From positions 15,743-79,742 of the forward strand of contig JBGUPL010000014.1 in the NCBI GenBank assembly GCA_045130275.1: DNA of 64,000 nucleotides, read 5' to 3'. Below, piece by piece: positions 26,254 through 37,005 of this stretch. Both the position numbers and the translations under genes were made by a program. Source of the DNA: Bacteroidales bacterium. Lineage in GTDB: Bacteria > Bacteroidota > Bacteroidia > Bacteroidales > WCHB1-69. Within the stretch, counting starts at the first letter, position 1. The number at the start of each line of letters is the position of its first letter. The notes below the pieces were generated by a model. That model worked only from the letters and a program-made list of their open reading frames with translations. It was not told the DNA's origin and ran no database searches.

Positions 26254-27273
26254 ATGGAGAGTATTTGGATAGCGGGACCGTGCGCGGCTGAGACGCGCGA
26301 ACAGGTGTTGGAAACGGCGGCACAGCTTGTCGAACAGTCCCGCTATGCCTCGATACCATTGCATTTCTTTCGGACAGGAGCTTGGAAAGTCCGCAGTGCA
26401 CCTGATAGTTTTATGGGGGCAGGTGAAGAGTCTTTACCTTGGCTTGAAGAGGTTCAGAAAACATGGCGACTGCCTGTTTGTGTGGAAGTCATGAACGCAA
26501 GGCAAGTGGAAAGTTGCGCCAAACATGGCATACGTGCCGTGTGGGTGGGGGCCCGCACTGGTGTCAACCCAACAGAGGTTCAACAGATTGCCGATGCCGT
26601 GCGTCATACCGACTTTACGGTCATGGTAAAGAATCCGATGATTCCAGACCTGAAACTGTGGATGGGCAATATAGAACGTTTTCAGAATGCCGACATCCGT
26701 CAAGTGATGGCCATCCATAGAGGATTTTCCGATGCGAATGAGAATATTTACCGCAATTCTCCAATGTGGCACATTCCCATTGAGTTGAAGGTTGAGATGC
26801 CCGATTTGCCAATCCTTTGTGATCCTTCGCATATCAGCGGACGGGTTCGTTGGATTCCGGAGATAGCGCAAATTGCGATGAACTACGGTTTCAACGGGCT
26901 GATGACGGAGTGTCACGTCCACCCTGAACAGGCTTTGTCTGACTCGGAGCAGCAGATGACCCCTGCCGAATGGGTACAGATGATTGCGGGTTTGGACTTG
27001 CGCACGGATACACCTGACCTCGCGCTCGTCAAACAACGTGCTAATTTGGAAAACATTGATAATCAGCTAAGTGAGCTTCTGTATCAGCGTATGATGGTGG
27101 CGGACGAAATAGCGGATATCAAACGGGAAAACCATATCGCCGTTGTGCAGCCTCAACAGTGGCAACAAGTGGTGAAGCGATATGCAAAACATCCCGAAGA
27201 CTCTGCATATCAGGATTTCATAGCAAAGTTTTTGGAATTGCTTCACCAAGCGTCTATTAAACGCCAGCAGTAA
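26254..27273 (+). CDS. Bifunctional 3-deoxy-7-phosphoheptulonate (DAHP) synthase / chorismate mutase type II
   Basis: AGPCAAETREQVLETA (class I-beta DAHPS/KDO8PS fold) and CDPSHISGR. The C-terminal ~90 aa show a chorismate-mutase helix pattern (LENIDNQLSELLYQRMMVADEIADIKREN). Confidence 0.85.
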   Translation: MESIWIAGPCAAETREQVLETAAQLVEQSRYASIPLHFFRTGAWKVRSAPDSFMGAGEESLPWLEEVQKTWRLPVCVEVMNARQVESCAKHGIRAVWVGARTGVNPTEVQQIADAVRHTDFTVMVKNPMIPDLKLWMGNIERFQNADIRQVMAIHRGFSDANENIYRNSPMWHIPIELKVEMPDLPILCDPSHISGRVRWIPEIAQIAMNYGFNGLMTECHVHPEQALSDSEQQMTPAEWVQMIAGLDLRTDTPDLALVKQRANLENIDNQLSELLYQRMMVADEIADIKRENHIAVVQPQQWQQVVKRYAKHPEDSAYQDFIAKFLELLHQASIKRQQ

Positions 27274-27284
27274 ACATTTTTTGG

Positions 27285-28883
27285 CTATTCGCTTTTGCTT
27301 ATAACTTCTTTCGCTTTCAGAATTACTTTGTCGGTTTGGTTGACGACTGGGTAGAAGGCTTCGTCTCCGTAAAGGTTGCGCCCAATAAGAGCTTTTAACC
27401 AAACTTTCAATTCTTTGGAAGCAGTGGGAGTCATATTCGAGATTTTTTTCTTGCTGCTTTTTTCGTAATAATTCACGAGTTGTTGTAATATGTCATCTGT
27501 GACCGTCATGCCGGAGACAAACGCTTTTGCATCTGGGAACTGATTTCGCAAGGCGGATTTATGATTGTTGGCATAGTTGAAAGCGAATTGGATCAAGGCG
27601 GAAGAGTTGGCAATGTCATAATAGGCATTCATATTATCTCCCCGGTCTATAGGCACAAAATAATCCGGCATGATACCACCGCCACCATAGACAGTACGTC
27701 CTTTCAGCGTATGGTAAACCTTACTGGAATCCAAATGGATACTGTCAGCGCTATCCATCTCGCCGTTGAGGAGTCGTTTGTAGAGGTCCTCATAATAGGC
27801 GTCCGTGCCATTGTTGTATTCGCGTTGGATGCAACGTCCGCTGGGGGTGTGGTAGCGGGAGGTTGTCAGGCGGATGGAAGATTTGTCTGACAGGTCAAAT
27901 TGTCGTTGTACCAATCCTTTGCCAAATGAACGCCGTCCCACAATGTAGCCACGATCGTTGTCTTGGATGGCACCGGCAACGATTTCGCTGGCCGAAGCAC
28001 TGAAGTCATCGATCAGAATCACCACTTTTCCTTCCTCGAAGTCGCCCTGCCGGGTGGCAAAAACAACCTCGGGACGCACTTTGGAGCCTTCAATGGAAAC
28101 AATTTCCCGGTTTTTGGGAAGGAACTCATCGCAAACACTGATGGCGGCATCCAGAAATCCGCCAGTGTTGGAACGCAAATCCACAATCAAGGAGGTCATG
28201 CCTTTCTGTTTCAGTTTTCGGATGGCATTGTTGAATTCCTTGGCCGTGGTGTTTCCAAATTCGTTCAGCTTGATGTAGCCGGTATGGGCATCCATCATAT
28301 ATGCGACATCTACTGTATAAGTCGGAATCACGCCGCGGGTGATTTCATAGGTGTATTTCTCTTTGAATCCCGGACGCATAATGCCGACCTTCACTTTTGA
28401 ACCTTTCTTGCCTCGCAACAGTTTGAAAGCCTGTTCGTTTTTAATACCGATAATGGATTTTCCATCCACTTCAACCATACGATCCCCCGCCATCAATCCC
28501 GCTTTCTCAGAAGGACCGCCTGAAATAACTGACACCACCATCAGGGTGTCGTTCATGATGTTGAATTGAATCCCGATACCTTCAAATGAACCTTCCAATG
28601 TTTCCATCAAGGTTTTGTTGTCTTCAGCAGTGGAATAGGTGGAGTGCGGGTCAAGACCTTGTAGCATAGCGTTGATGGCCAACCCATAAATGGAATCCAC
28701 ATTAACCGAATCCACATAAAACCGATCGATATACCCCATCACTTCGCTCATTTTCTGCAACTGAGCGTTACCTTTTCGGCTCAAACGATTAGGATTAACA
28801 CGCAATGCGATGGAAAATCCTGCCAAAAAAGCAACCAGAATCCATAAAATGAGTAAGCATCCGTTATGTCTATTCTCGTTCAT
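27285..28883 (-). CDS. S41-family C-terminal processing peptidase (Ctp/Prc-like)
   Basis: PDZ segment (VISGGPSEKAGLMAGDRMVEVDG). Catalytic region LIVDLRSNTGGFLDAA ... LIDDFSASASEIVAGAIQDNDRG. Confidence 0.9.
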   Translation of the reverse strand: MNENRHNGCLLILWILVAFLAGFSIALRVNPNRLSRKGNAQLQKMSEVMGYIDRFYVDSVNVDSIYGLAINAMLQGLDPHSTYSTAEDNKTLMETLEGSFEGIGIQFNIMNDTLMVVSVISGGPSEKAGLMAGDRMVEVDGKSIIGIKNEQAFKLLRGKKGSKVKVGIMRPGFKEKYTYEITRGVIPTYTVDVAYMMDAHTGYIKLNEFGNTTAKEFNNAIRKLKQKGMTSLIVDLRSNTGGFLDAAISVCDEFLPKNREIVSIEGSKVRPEVVFATRQGDFEEGKVVILIDDFSASASEIVAGAIQDNDRGYIVGRRSFGKGLVQRQFDLSDKSSIRLTTSRYHTPSGRCIQREYNNGTDAYYEDLYKRLLNGEMDSADSIHLDSSKVYHTLKGRTVYGGGGIMPDYFVPIDRGDNMNAYYDIANSSALIQFAFNYANNHKSALRNQFPDAKAFVSGMTVTDDILQQLVNYYEKSSKKKISNMTPTASKELKVWLKALIGRNLYGDEAFYPVVNQTDKVILKAKEVISKSE

Positions 28884-28907
28884 TGTAAAGGCAAATAATT
28901 CAGGCCC

Positions 28908-28915
28908 GCAAAGAT
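28908..28915 (-). promoter_or_regulatory. -7 box TATCTTTG (minus strand) upstream of the S41 peptidase gene
   Basis: The plus strand reads caaagata; it lies 25 nt upstream of the ATG at 28883. Confidence 0.45.
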
Positions 28916-28953
28916 AGCATTTCCGTTGATATATGAGAGAGCCTATTCGTTAA

Positions 28954-30426
28954 TTACTCCATCTTGACATTCATTTTTTGGACTGTCAAGAATTCACGGG
29001 AAGAGAGACGGACGTTGATGTTGGCGGGTTTACCGTTGGGGCGCACCGCTTTCAGTCCATCGACCACTACGCTGTTGATGTAATCCACGGGTTTCTTAAG
29101 CTCGCGGGTCGCGCCGGAGGGGTAATATAGGTTGAGGGTGCCGACCGTAGCGGGCGCCACTATCGTCATATTGGTGACTCGCAGGTTGGGCCAGCATTTT
29201 GTCGCTAACTCCGGACGCGTATTGGCGGCCATGTCTAGCAGCATCACATTGACCAAGGAGTGGTAGCGTGGCGTGACCTCGAAGACGCAGTCGCGCATCT
29301 CAATGTCGAAGGGGGTGTAGGCGTTGTAGCTGGAGCGGATGCGCACCGGGATGCAGTCGATGAAGCGGCACGAGTCGAAGGTGACGGTGCCGTACATCGA
29401 GGAGAACTGGGTTTGCCGCTGGCGCAGAGTGCAACGTTGCAGCAGGACATCGCGGCCGTAGCAGTGGATGTCGAAACGGTTGATGTCGCAATCGCGCAAT
29501 GTGGTGTTTGACAGGTAGTTGGTGCCGAATACGCCCCAGTTTCCATCGGCGGTCACCCGTTCAAAAGTGGTGTTCCAGAGATTGTTGAGGGAGAAGGCGT
29601 ATCCGTAGTCGCGTGAAATGCCGTAACCCGAGTAGGTGCCGTCAACCGTTACGTCGCGGAAGGTGACGCCTACAGAGTTGGTCACCCCGAAGACACCATC
29701 AGCGATCATTCGGCTCTTGGGCGTGGTCACGTGCACGTCCTCAATCAACACGTTGCACTGTCCGCTCACATTCAGGCAGTAGGTCTTGAACTGTGACTGC
29801 TCGGTGCGGAACAGGTTGAGGCCACGGAAAACTTTAAGTTTCGTATTGACATTCACGACAGCAGCTTGCAGCTTGGTGGAGTCGGTGTTCCACGGCGCGA
29901 TGGGGCTGTTGGCGGCGATGCCGTTGTGCAACAACAGGATGTCGTGACGGTGAATGACATATCCATAGCCGAGACGTTCAGTCCACGGTTTCATATCATT
30001 GAGTATAAGTAGTTTGTCACCGTTGGCTAATTGCGGCACACTGCGGAAGTCCCCGTCATCGACCAATGCCTTGTCCAAAGCCACTGGTTTTGATGGGCTT
30101 TCCAAGGAAAACAGGGTTCCGTGTCTAGTATTGTTGGTGACATAGAGAACGAGGCCGCCGAAGTCGGTGTACGGGCCGAGCGGAATGGTTTGGAAGTCGG
30201 GCGGCAGCTCGATATCCAAAGTGTCAATGCCGGCATAACTTACCTCCACCCCCATGAAGTTGGCTTCCACATGGGTGTTGTAGAGGATGCGATAGCGTTC
30301 TATGCCGTCTTTCGCATCGCGAAGCCCTAAGTCAAGCGGGGAAATCTGCGCCATGGCGGTGGAGAAAAGGAGTTCGAGCGCGGCAAACAAGGCTGCAGCG
30401 AGTAGGATTTGTGTCCGATGATTCAT
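28954..30426 (-). CDS. Secreted protein with right-handed parallel beta-helix repeats (possible glycanase/lyase)
   Basis: Signal peptide. Repeated ~22-aa turns rich in N/D/T/V (NVLIEDVHVTT..., VTFRDVTVDG..., TTFERVTADG..., TTLRDCDINR..., VLLQRCTLRQ...). Visibly GC-rich. Confidence 0.5.
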   Translation of the reverse strand: MNHRTQILLAAALFAALELLFSTAMAQISPLDLGLRDAKDGIERYRILYNTHVEANFMGVEVSYAGIDTLDIELPPDFQTIPLGPYTDFGGLVLYVTNNTRHGTLFSLESPSKPVALDKALVDDGDFRSVPQLANGDKLLILNDMKPWTERLGYGYVIHRHDILLLHNGIAANSPIAPWNTDSTKLQAAVVNVNTKLKVFRGLNLFRTEQSQFKTYCLNVSGQCNVLIEDVHVTTPKSRMIADGVFGVTNSVGVTFRDVTVDGTYSGYGISRDYGYAFSLNNLWNTTFERVTADGNWGVFGTNYLSNTTLRDCDINRFDIHCYGRDVLLQRCTLRQRQTQFSSMYGTVTFDSCRFIDCIPVRIRSSYNAYTPFDIEMRDCVFEVTPRYHSLVNVMLLDMAANTRPELATKCWPNLRVTNMTIVAPATVGTLNLYYPSGATRELKKPVDYINSVVVDGLKAVRPNGKPANINVRLSSREFLTVQKMNVKME

Positions 30427-30514
30427 AAACGGCGATAATCATAGTGGTTGATAAAAGCATATCGGACGGCAAAGGTACACAAATTTCGGATATGTGTTAT
30501 CATCGTAAAATTGT

Positions 30515-30522
30515 TATTTTTG
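30515..30522 (+). promoter_or_regulatory. -7 box TATTTTTG upstream of GH97 paralog 1
   Basis: Matches TAnnTTTG, 34 nt upstream of ATG 30556. Confidence 0.45.
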
Positions 30523-30555
30523 CATCTTCTACATTGAATGATAATCCTTTTCATT

Positions 30556-32934
30556 ATGAAAAAATTATACATCCTCATTCTGTTTTGCGTGTCACTACTC
30601 ACGCAGATATCTTATGCCCAAGACAATCCGAAAGCATCCGCGGGGCTGGCCGATGCAATCACATTGCAAAGCCCTGACGGGAATTTGGAGTTGCGGTTCA
30701 AATTGGTGGACGGGTGTCCGCAATATACGCTCGACCGTGCCGGGAAGCCTGTAGTGCTGCCCTCACGGATGGGCTTCACCCTCATCGGGCGCAAAAGCCT
30801 CGACCATGACTTCGCCCTAACGAATTCACAGACAAGTATTTTCGACGAGACGTGGGAGCCGGTGTGGGGCGAGGAGTCTTCTGTTCGCAACCACTACCAC
30901 GAGCTGCTCGTCACGTTGGAGCAGCACGGTGCCCTCGACTGGCAAGGCAAGGTGATTCCCCGGGCCACCGTCATGCAGATCCGCTTCCGCCTTTACGATG
31001 ACGGTTTGGCGTTCCGTTACGAATTCCCGTACGAGAACGCACTGACTTACTTCAAGATAGAGGAAGAACTAACCGAGTTCGCCATGGCTGGTGACCACAC
31101 CGCTTGGTGGATTCCCGGCGACTACGACACGCAGGAGTACAACTATACCGAGTCGAAATTGTCGGAGATTCCCGTTAGGGCGGAGGAGATGCACCGTACC
31201 TACGATGGCATCTGGAGCGTATTCTCCAACTCCGCCGTGCAGACCGCCTTGCAGATGAAAACCACTGACGGACTGTATCTTAATATCCATGAGGCGGCTG
31301 CCCTCAACTTCCCGACCATGCACCTGCTGATCGACACGGCGGGTCTTGTGTTCCGTGCCGCGCTCACGCCCGATGCAGAAGGGGTGAAGGGTCGGCTCCA
31401 AGCTCCGTGCCACACTCCATGGCGCACCGTGATGGTCTGCGAGAAGGCCACCGACGTGCTCGCCTCGCGCCTGATTCTCAACCTCAACGAACCTTGCGCC
31501 ATCGAGGATGTCTCCTGGATTCATCCGGTAAAGTACATGGGCGTTTGGTGGGAGATGATTACTGGCAAAAGTTCGTGGAATTACACCGATGACTTCCGTT
31601 CTGTGCGGCTGCCCGGCGACGAGGGCGAGGGCGTCACGGACTACGCGAGTGCCAAGCCCAACGGTCACCACGGTGCCAACAACGCCAATGTGCGCCGCTT
31701 TATCGACTTTGCGGCCGCCAACGGCTTCGATGCCATCCTCATCGAGGGGTGGAACATCGGCTGGGAGGACTGGGTCGGAAACCAGAAATACTACGTGTTC
31801 GACTTCGTCACCCCGTATCCCGATTTCGACCTGCCTGCGCTGAACAAATATGCCCACGAGAAGGGCATACGGCTGATTATGCACCACGAAACATCTTCTT
31901 CCACAGCGAATTACGAGCGTTGGATGGAGAAAGCTTACAGTCTGATGAACCAATACGGCTATGACGCAGTGAAGAGTGGCTATGTGGGCGACATTCTGCC
32001 GTACGGCGAGAACCATTTCAGCCAGCCGATCAACAACCATTACCACTACGCGGTGACCGAGGCGGCTCGGCACCACATTATGGTCGATGCTCATGAGGCC
32101 GTGCGCCCAACGGGCTTGTGCCGTACTTGGCCCAACATGATCGGCAACGAAAGCGCGATGGGCACTGAGTTCAAGGGCAAAATCCACCCGGGGCACACCA
32201 CCATCCTGCCCTTCACGCGGTTGCAGGGCGGCCCGATGGACTACACTCCCGGCATCTTCCAGACCGACATCGGCAAGTTCGTCAGTTGGCAGCAGGGCAA
32301 CCGGATGTGCCACACAATATGCAATCAATTAGGACTTTACGTCACCTTCTACTCACCGTTGCAGATGGCTGCCGACCTTCCCGAGCATTACGAGCCCTTC
32401 ATGGACGCCTTCCAGTTCATCAAGGACGTGGCGGTGGACTGGGACAAGAGCCTCTACTTGGAGGCCGAGCCTGGTGCGTACATCGTGACGGCACGCCACC
32501 CGAAGATTTCGTCGTTGAACAAGGCCGCCGACGGGGTAGGGGAGTTGTCCGACGGCAAGAAAGGGATGATTTCTGGCGCGACACGGTTCGTCTATGCCAT
32601 TCCCGATTCTGTAGAGACGTGCCATGGCGCGTCACTACAATCCCGTAATCCCCGCGATGTCTGGTACGTGGGCGGCATCACTGATGAGAATGCCCGCGAT
32701 ATCTCGGTGAAACTAGATTTCCTGAAACCCGGCGTCAAATACGAGGCCACCATCTATGCCGATGCCCCCGATGCTTGCGGTTTACCTGACAATTCACCCA
32801 TCACTAATCACAATTCACCGAAATACAACCCGCAGGCATACACGATCACCAAGAAAAAAGTCACGGCCAAAAGCGTGTTGAAGCTGCGGATGGCTCCGTG
32901 CGGAGGATTTGCGGTTTCGCTGCGGGAAATATGA
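30556..32934 (+). CDS. Glycoside hydrolase family 97 (SusB-like alpha-glucosidase/alpha-galactosidase), paralog 1
   Basis: Signal peptide MKKLYILILF. GH97 signatures: [58 protein letters not shown]-type catalytic region, [10 protein letters not shown]. The listed start 30538 is trimmed to ATG 30556. Confidence 0.85.
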   Translation: MKKLYILILFCVSLLTQISYAQDNPKASAGLADAITLQSPDGNLELRFKLVDGCPQYTLDRAGKPVVLPSRMGFTLIGRKSLDHDFALTNSQTSIFDETWEPVWGEESSVRNHYHELLVTLEQHGALDWQGKVIPRATVMQIRFRLYDDGLAFRYEFPYENALTYFKIEEELTEFAMAGDHTAWWIPGDYDTQEYNYTESKLSEIPVRAEEMHRTYDGIWSVFSNSAVQTALQMKTTDGLYLNIHEAAALNFPTMHLLIDTAGLVFRAALTPDAEGVKGRLQAPCHTPWRTVMVCEKATDVLASRLILNLNEPCAIEDVSWIHPVKYMGVWWEMITGKSSWNYTDDFRSVRLPGDEGEGVTDYASAKPNGHHGANNANVRRFIDFAAANGFDAILIEGWNIGWEDWVGNQKYYVFDFVTPYPDFDLPALNKYAHEKGIRLIMHHETSSSTANYERWMEKAYSLMNQYGYDAVKSGYVGDILPYGENHFSQPINNHYHYAVTEAARHHIMVDAHEAVRPTGLCRTWPNMIGNESAMGTEFKGKIHPGHTTILPFTRLQGGPMDYTPGIFQTDIGKFVSWQQGNRMCHTICNQLGLYVTFYSPLQMAADLPEHYEPFMDAFQFIKDVAVDWDKSLYLEAEPGAYIVTARHPKISSLNKAADGVGELSDGKKGMISGATRFVYAIPDSVETCHGASLQSRNPRDVWYVGGITDENARDISVKLDFLKPGVKYEATIYADAPDACGLPDNSPITNHNSPKYNPQAYTITKKKVTAKSVLKLRMAPCGGFAVSLREI
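32610..32639. repeat. 30-nt imperfect palindrome TGTAGAGACGTGCCATGGCGCGTCACTACA inside GH97 paralog 1
   Basis: 14-nt arms with two mismatches (one would be a G-U pair in RNA) around a central CCATGG. It lies in frame (SVETCHGASLQ). Confidence 0.85.
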
Positions 32935-35349
<2,415 letters not shown>

Positions 35350-35406
35350 CGATCCTGATCCTCCCGAAGAGCGATGTTCAATGGTAGAGCGGCAAAGCCG
35401 AAACCA

Positions 35407-37005
35407 TTATTCAGAAGGGATGGTGCTTGTGAAAAAATGCTCGGCGTCAGGGTGAAGAACGCTGTCAGAAAGTGTGCATACTGAAATCTCACCGTTCCCA
35501 GCCAAACGTTGTAAACGAGGAAGGATGTATTGTGCTTCATCGAAATTACGGCGATATATTTCATCTTCCACAAGAATGTAATCATAATCAAAAGTCAAGG
35601 CATGCTCAACCACCTCGGGTTTGTTTCGCATGACGGCATACCCTTCTCTATCCATCATGACAAAGGGAAGGTTTTGAGGATAAGCGAAAAGTGTCAAGAA
35701 ACGGAGCTCCCGGGAACCGAATCCGTTATCTTCGAGCATTTGGTTGGCTTTACTATAGCGCATGGCGGTTTGATAAGCATCCAATTCCGATGACCTGCGG
35801 ACGATCTGCATGTGAAGAGCTTCTGCAGTCATAAAGCCCGTGAGCACCAATACGACGGCAAGGATTGGAATATTGACCCATCGCGTTGTAGGATTGGGCA
35901 GTAGAGTTAAGAGACCGATCAGCAGCATTATTATTGGCAGGAAAAAACTGTCTAAAAAGTAGTAATCATGATGATAATATTGTTGCGACATGGCAATGGC
36001 AAAAAGTATCTCGCCAAATAACCAAATGGCCAATAACCACCAGAGGGACAGACGATTGGAAGTGTTAGGCGTTTTTCGCCATTTGAAAACAGAAGTGACG
36101 ATAACCCCGATGGCAACGACTACATAGAGCCAGTGCTGTATTCTTTGGTAATAATGGAATCGCCATAAGTCATGAATACCTTGCAGAACGATTTTTGCAT
36201 CATCCCACGATTTGACAGGCAGCAGACTTCCGAGGAAAAGCGACCCGTATTGTTCCCGCAGATGCATACTCCAAAACCACCACGAAGCAAACAATAGCGC
36301 ACCGGCGAAAAAAGGCAGCCACGAAGATTTCAAGCTGGTCTCGTGGCGTAGAATCCGCAGTGTCTGAAAGCAAGCAACCGCAATCCAAAGCACGGCGAAA
36401 GAGGTTCTGACCATCGCGGAGAGGGTGAGAAACAAAAGACTGACATAAAGAGTCCAGTTTTTGTTGTCACGGAGGTGGAGAACATAAAATAGAAGACCGC
36501 ACATCGCAAATGTCAAGGCGGGCAGCGTTGGGAGGAATGAAGAGCTGTAATAGGCGAAAGAGGGGGCGGTGGCGGTAACGACAGACACGAGCAATGATTT
36601 GGATCTCGAACGGGTAAGCACATAGGCCATCAGATACAATGCCCACAAACCGATAATGGCGATCACCAGTGTCAAGCTACGGAACACCCATGGCTGGTGG
36701 CTTTTTGTGAGGCCCATCAGCAGGGAAGCGCACCAATGATGAAGGGGAAAATCGCATGCGGTGACCAGTGATTCGGGATCTTCAAAACCATATTGTTGCT
36801 TGTTGTAAATGAGCGTTTGTGGATGGAAGAGGTCGTACCCGTTGTGCTGAAAACCGAGTGCCAAAGAGTAGTTGTCCGCCTGAGCCCAGGCGTGAACATA
36901 AGCAGGGGGTTCGTTGAGGTATTTTACACCAATAATGAAAGATACAACCGCAACAACAAGTAACGGAAGAATATGCCTTGATAGTCGTTGTAATGTTTTT
37001 TTCAT
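35407..37005 (-). CDS. Polytopic membrane protein, ArnT/PMT (GT-C, family 39/83-like) glycosyltransferase candidate
   Basis: About 12 predicted TM helices and a soluble C-terminal ~110 aa. The size and N-terminal loop (AWAQADNYSLALGFQ) resemble GT-C enzymes. The start ATG directly abuts the upstream stop (TAGATG). Confidence 0.4.
   Translation of the reverse strand: MKKTLQRLSRHILPLLVVAVVSFIIGVKYLNEPPAYVHAWAQADNYSLALGFQHNGYDLFHPQTLIYNKQQYGFEDPESLVTACDFPLHHWCASLLMGLTKSHQPWVFRSLTLVIAIIGLWALYLMAYVLTRSRSKSLLVSVVTATAPSFAYYSSSFLPTLPALTFAMCGLLFYVLHLRDNKNWTLYVSLLFLTLSAMVRTSFAVLWIAVACFQTLRILRHETSLKSSWLPFFAGALLFASWWFWSMHLREQYGSLFLGSLLPVKSWDDAKIVLQGIHDLWRFHYYQRIQHWLYVVVAIGVIVTSVFKWRKTPNTSNRLSLWWLLAIWLFGEILFAIAMSQQYYHHDYYFLDSFFLPIIMLLIGLLTLLPNPTTRWVNIPILAVVLVLTGFMTAEALHMQIVRRSSELDAYQTAMRYSKANQMLEDNGFGSRELRFLTLFAYPQNLPFVMMDREGYAVMRNKPEVVEHALTFDYDYILVEDEIYRRNFDEAQYILPRLQRLAGNGEISVCTLSDSVLHPDAEHFFTSTIPSE

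Noticed and set aside
29244-29546. Cluster of 60-100-aa ORFs on both strands inside the beta-helix gene, with similar clusters at 31200-31960, 32286-32650, 33789-34750 and 58223-58823.
   Set aside because: They are typical by-products of locally high GC. All are nested within longer, motif-supported genes.
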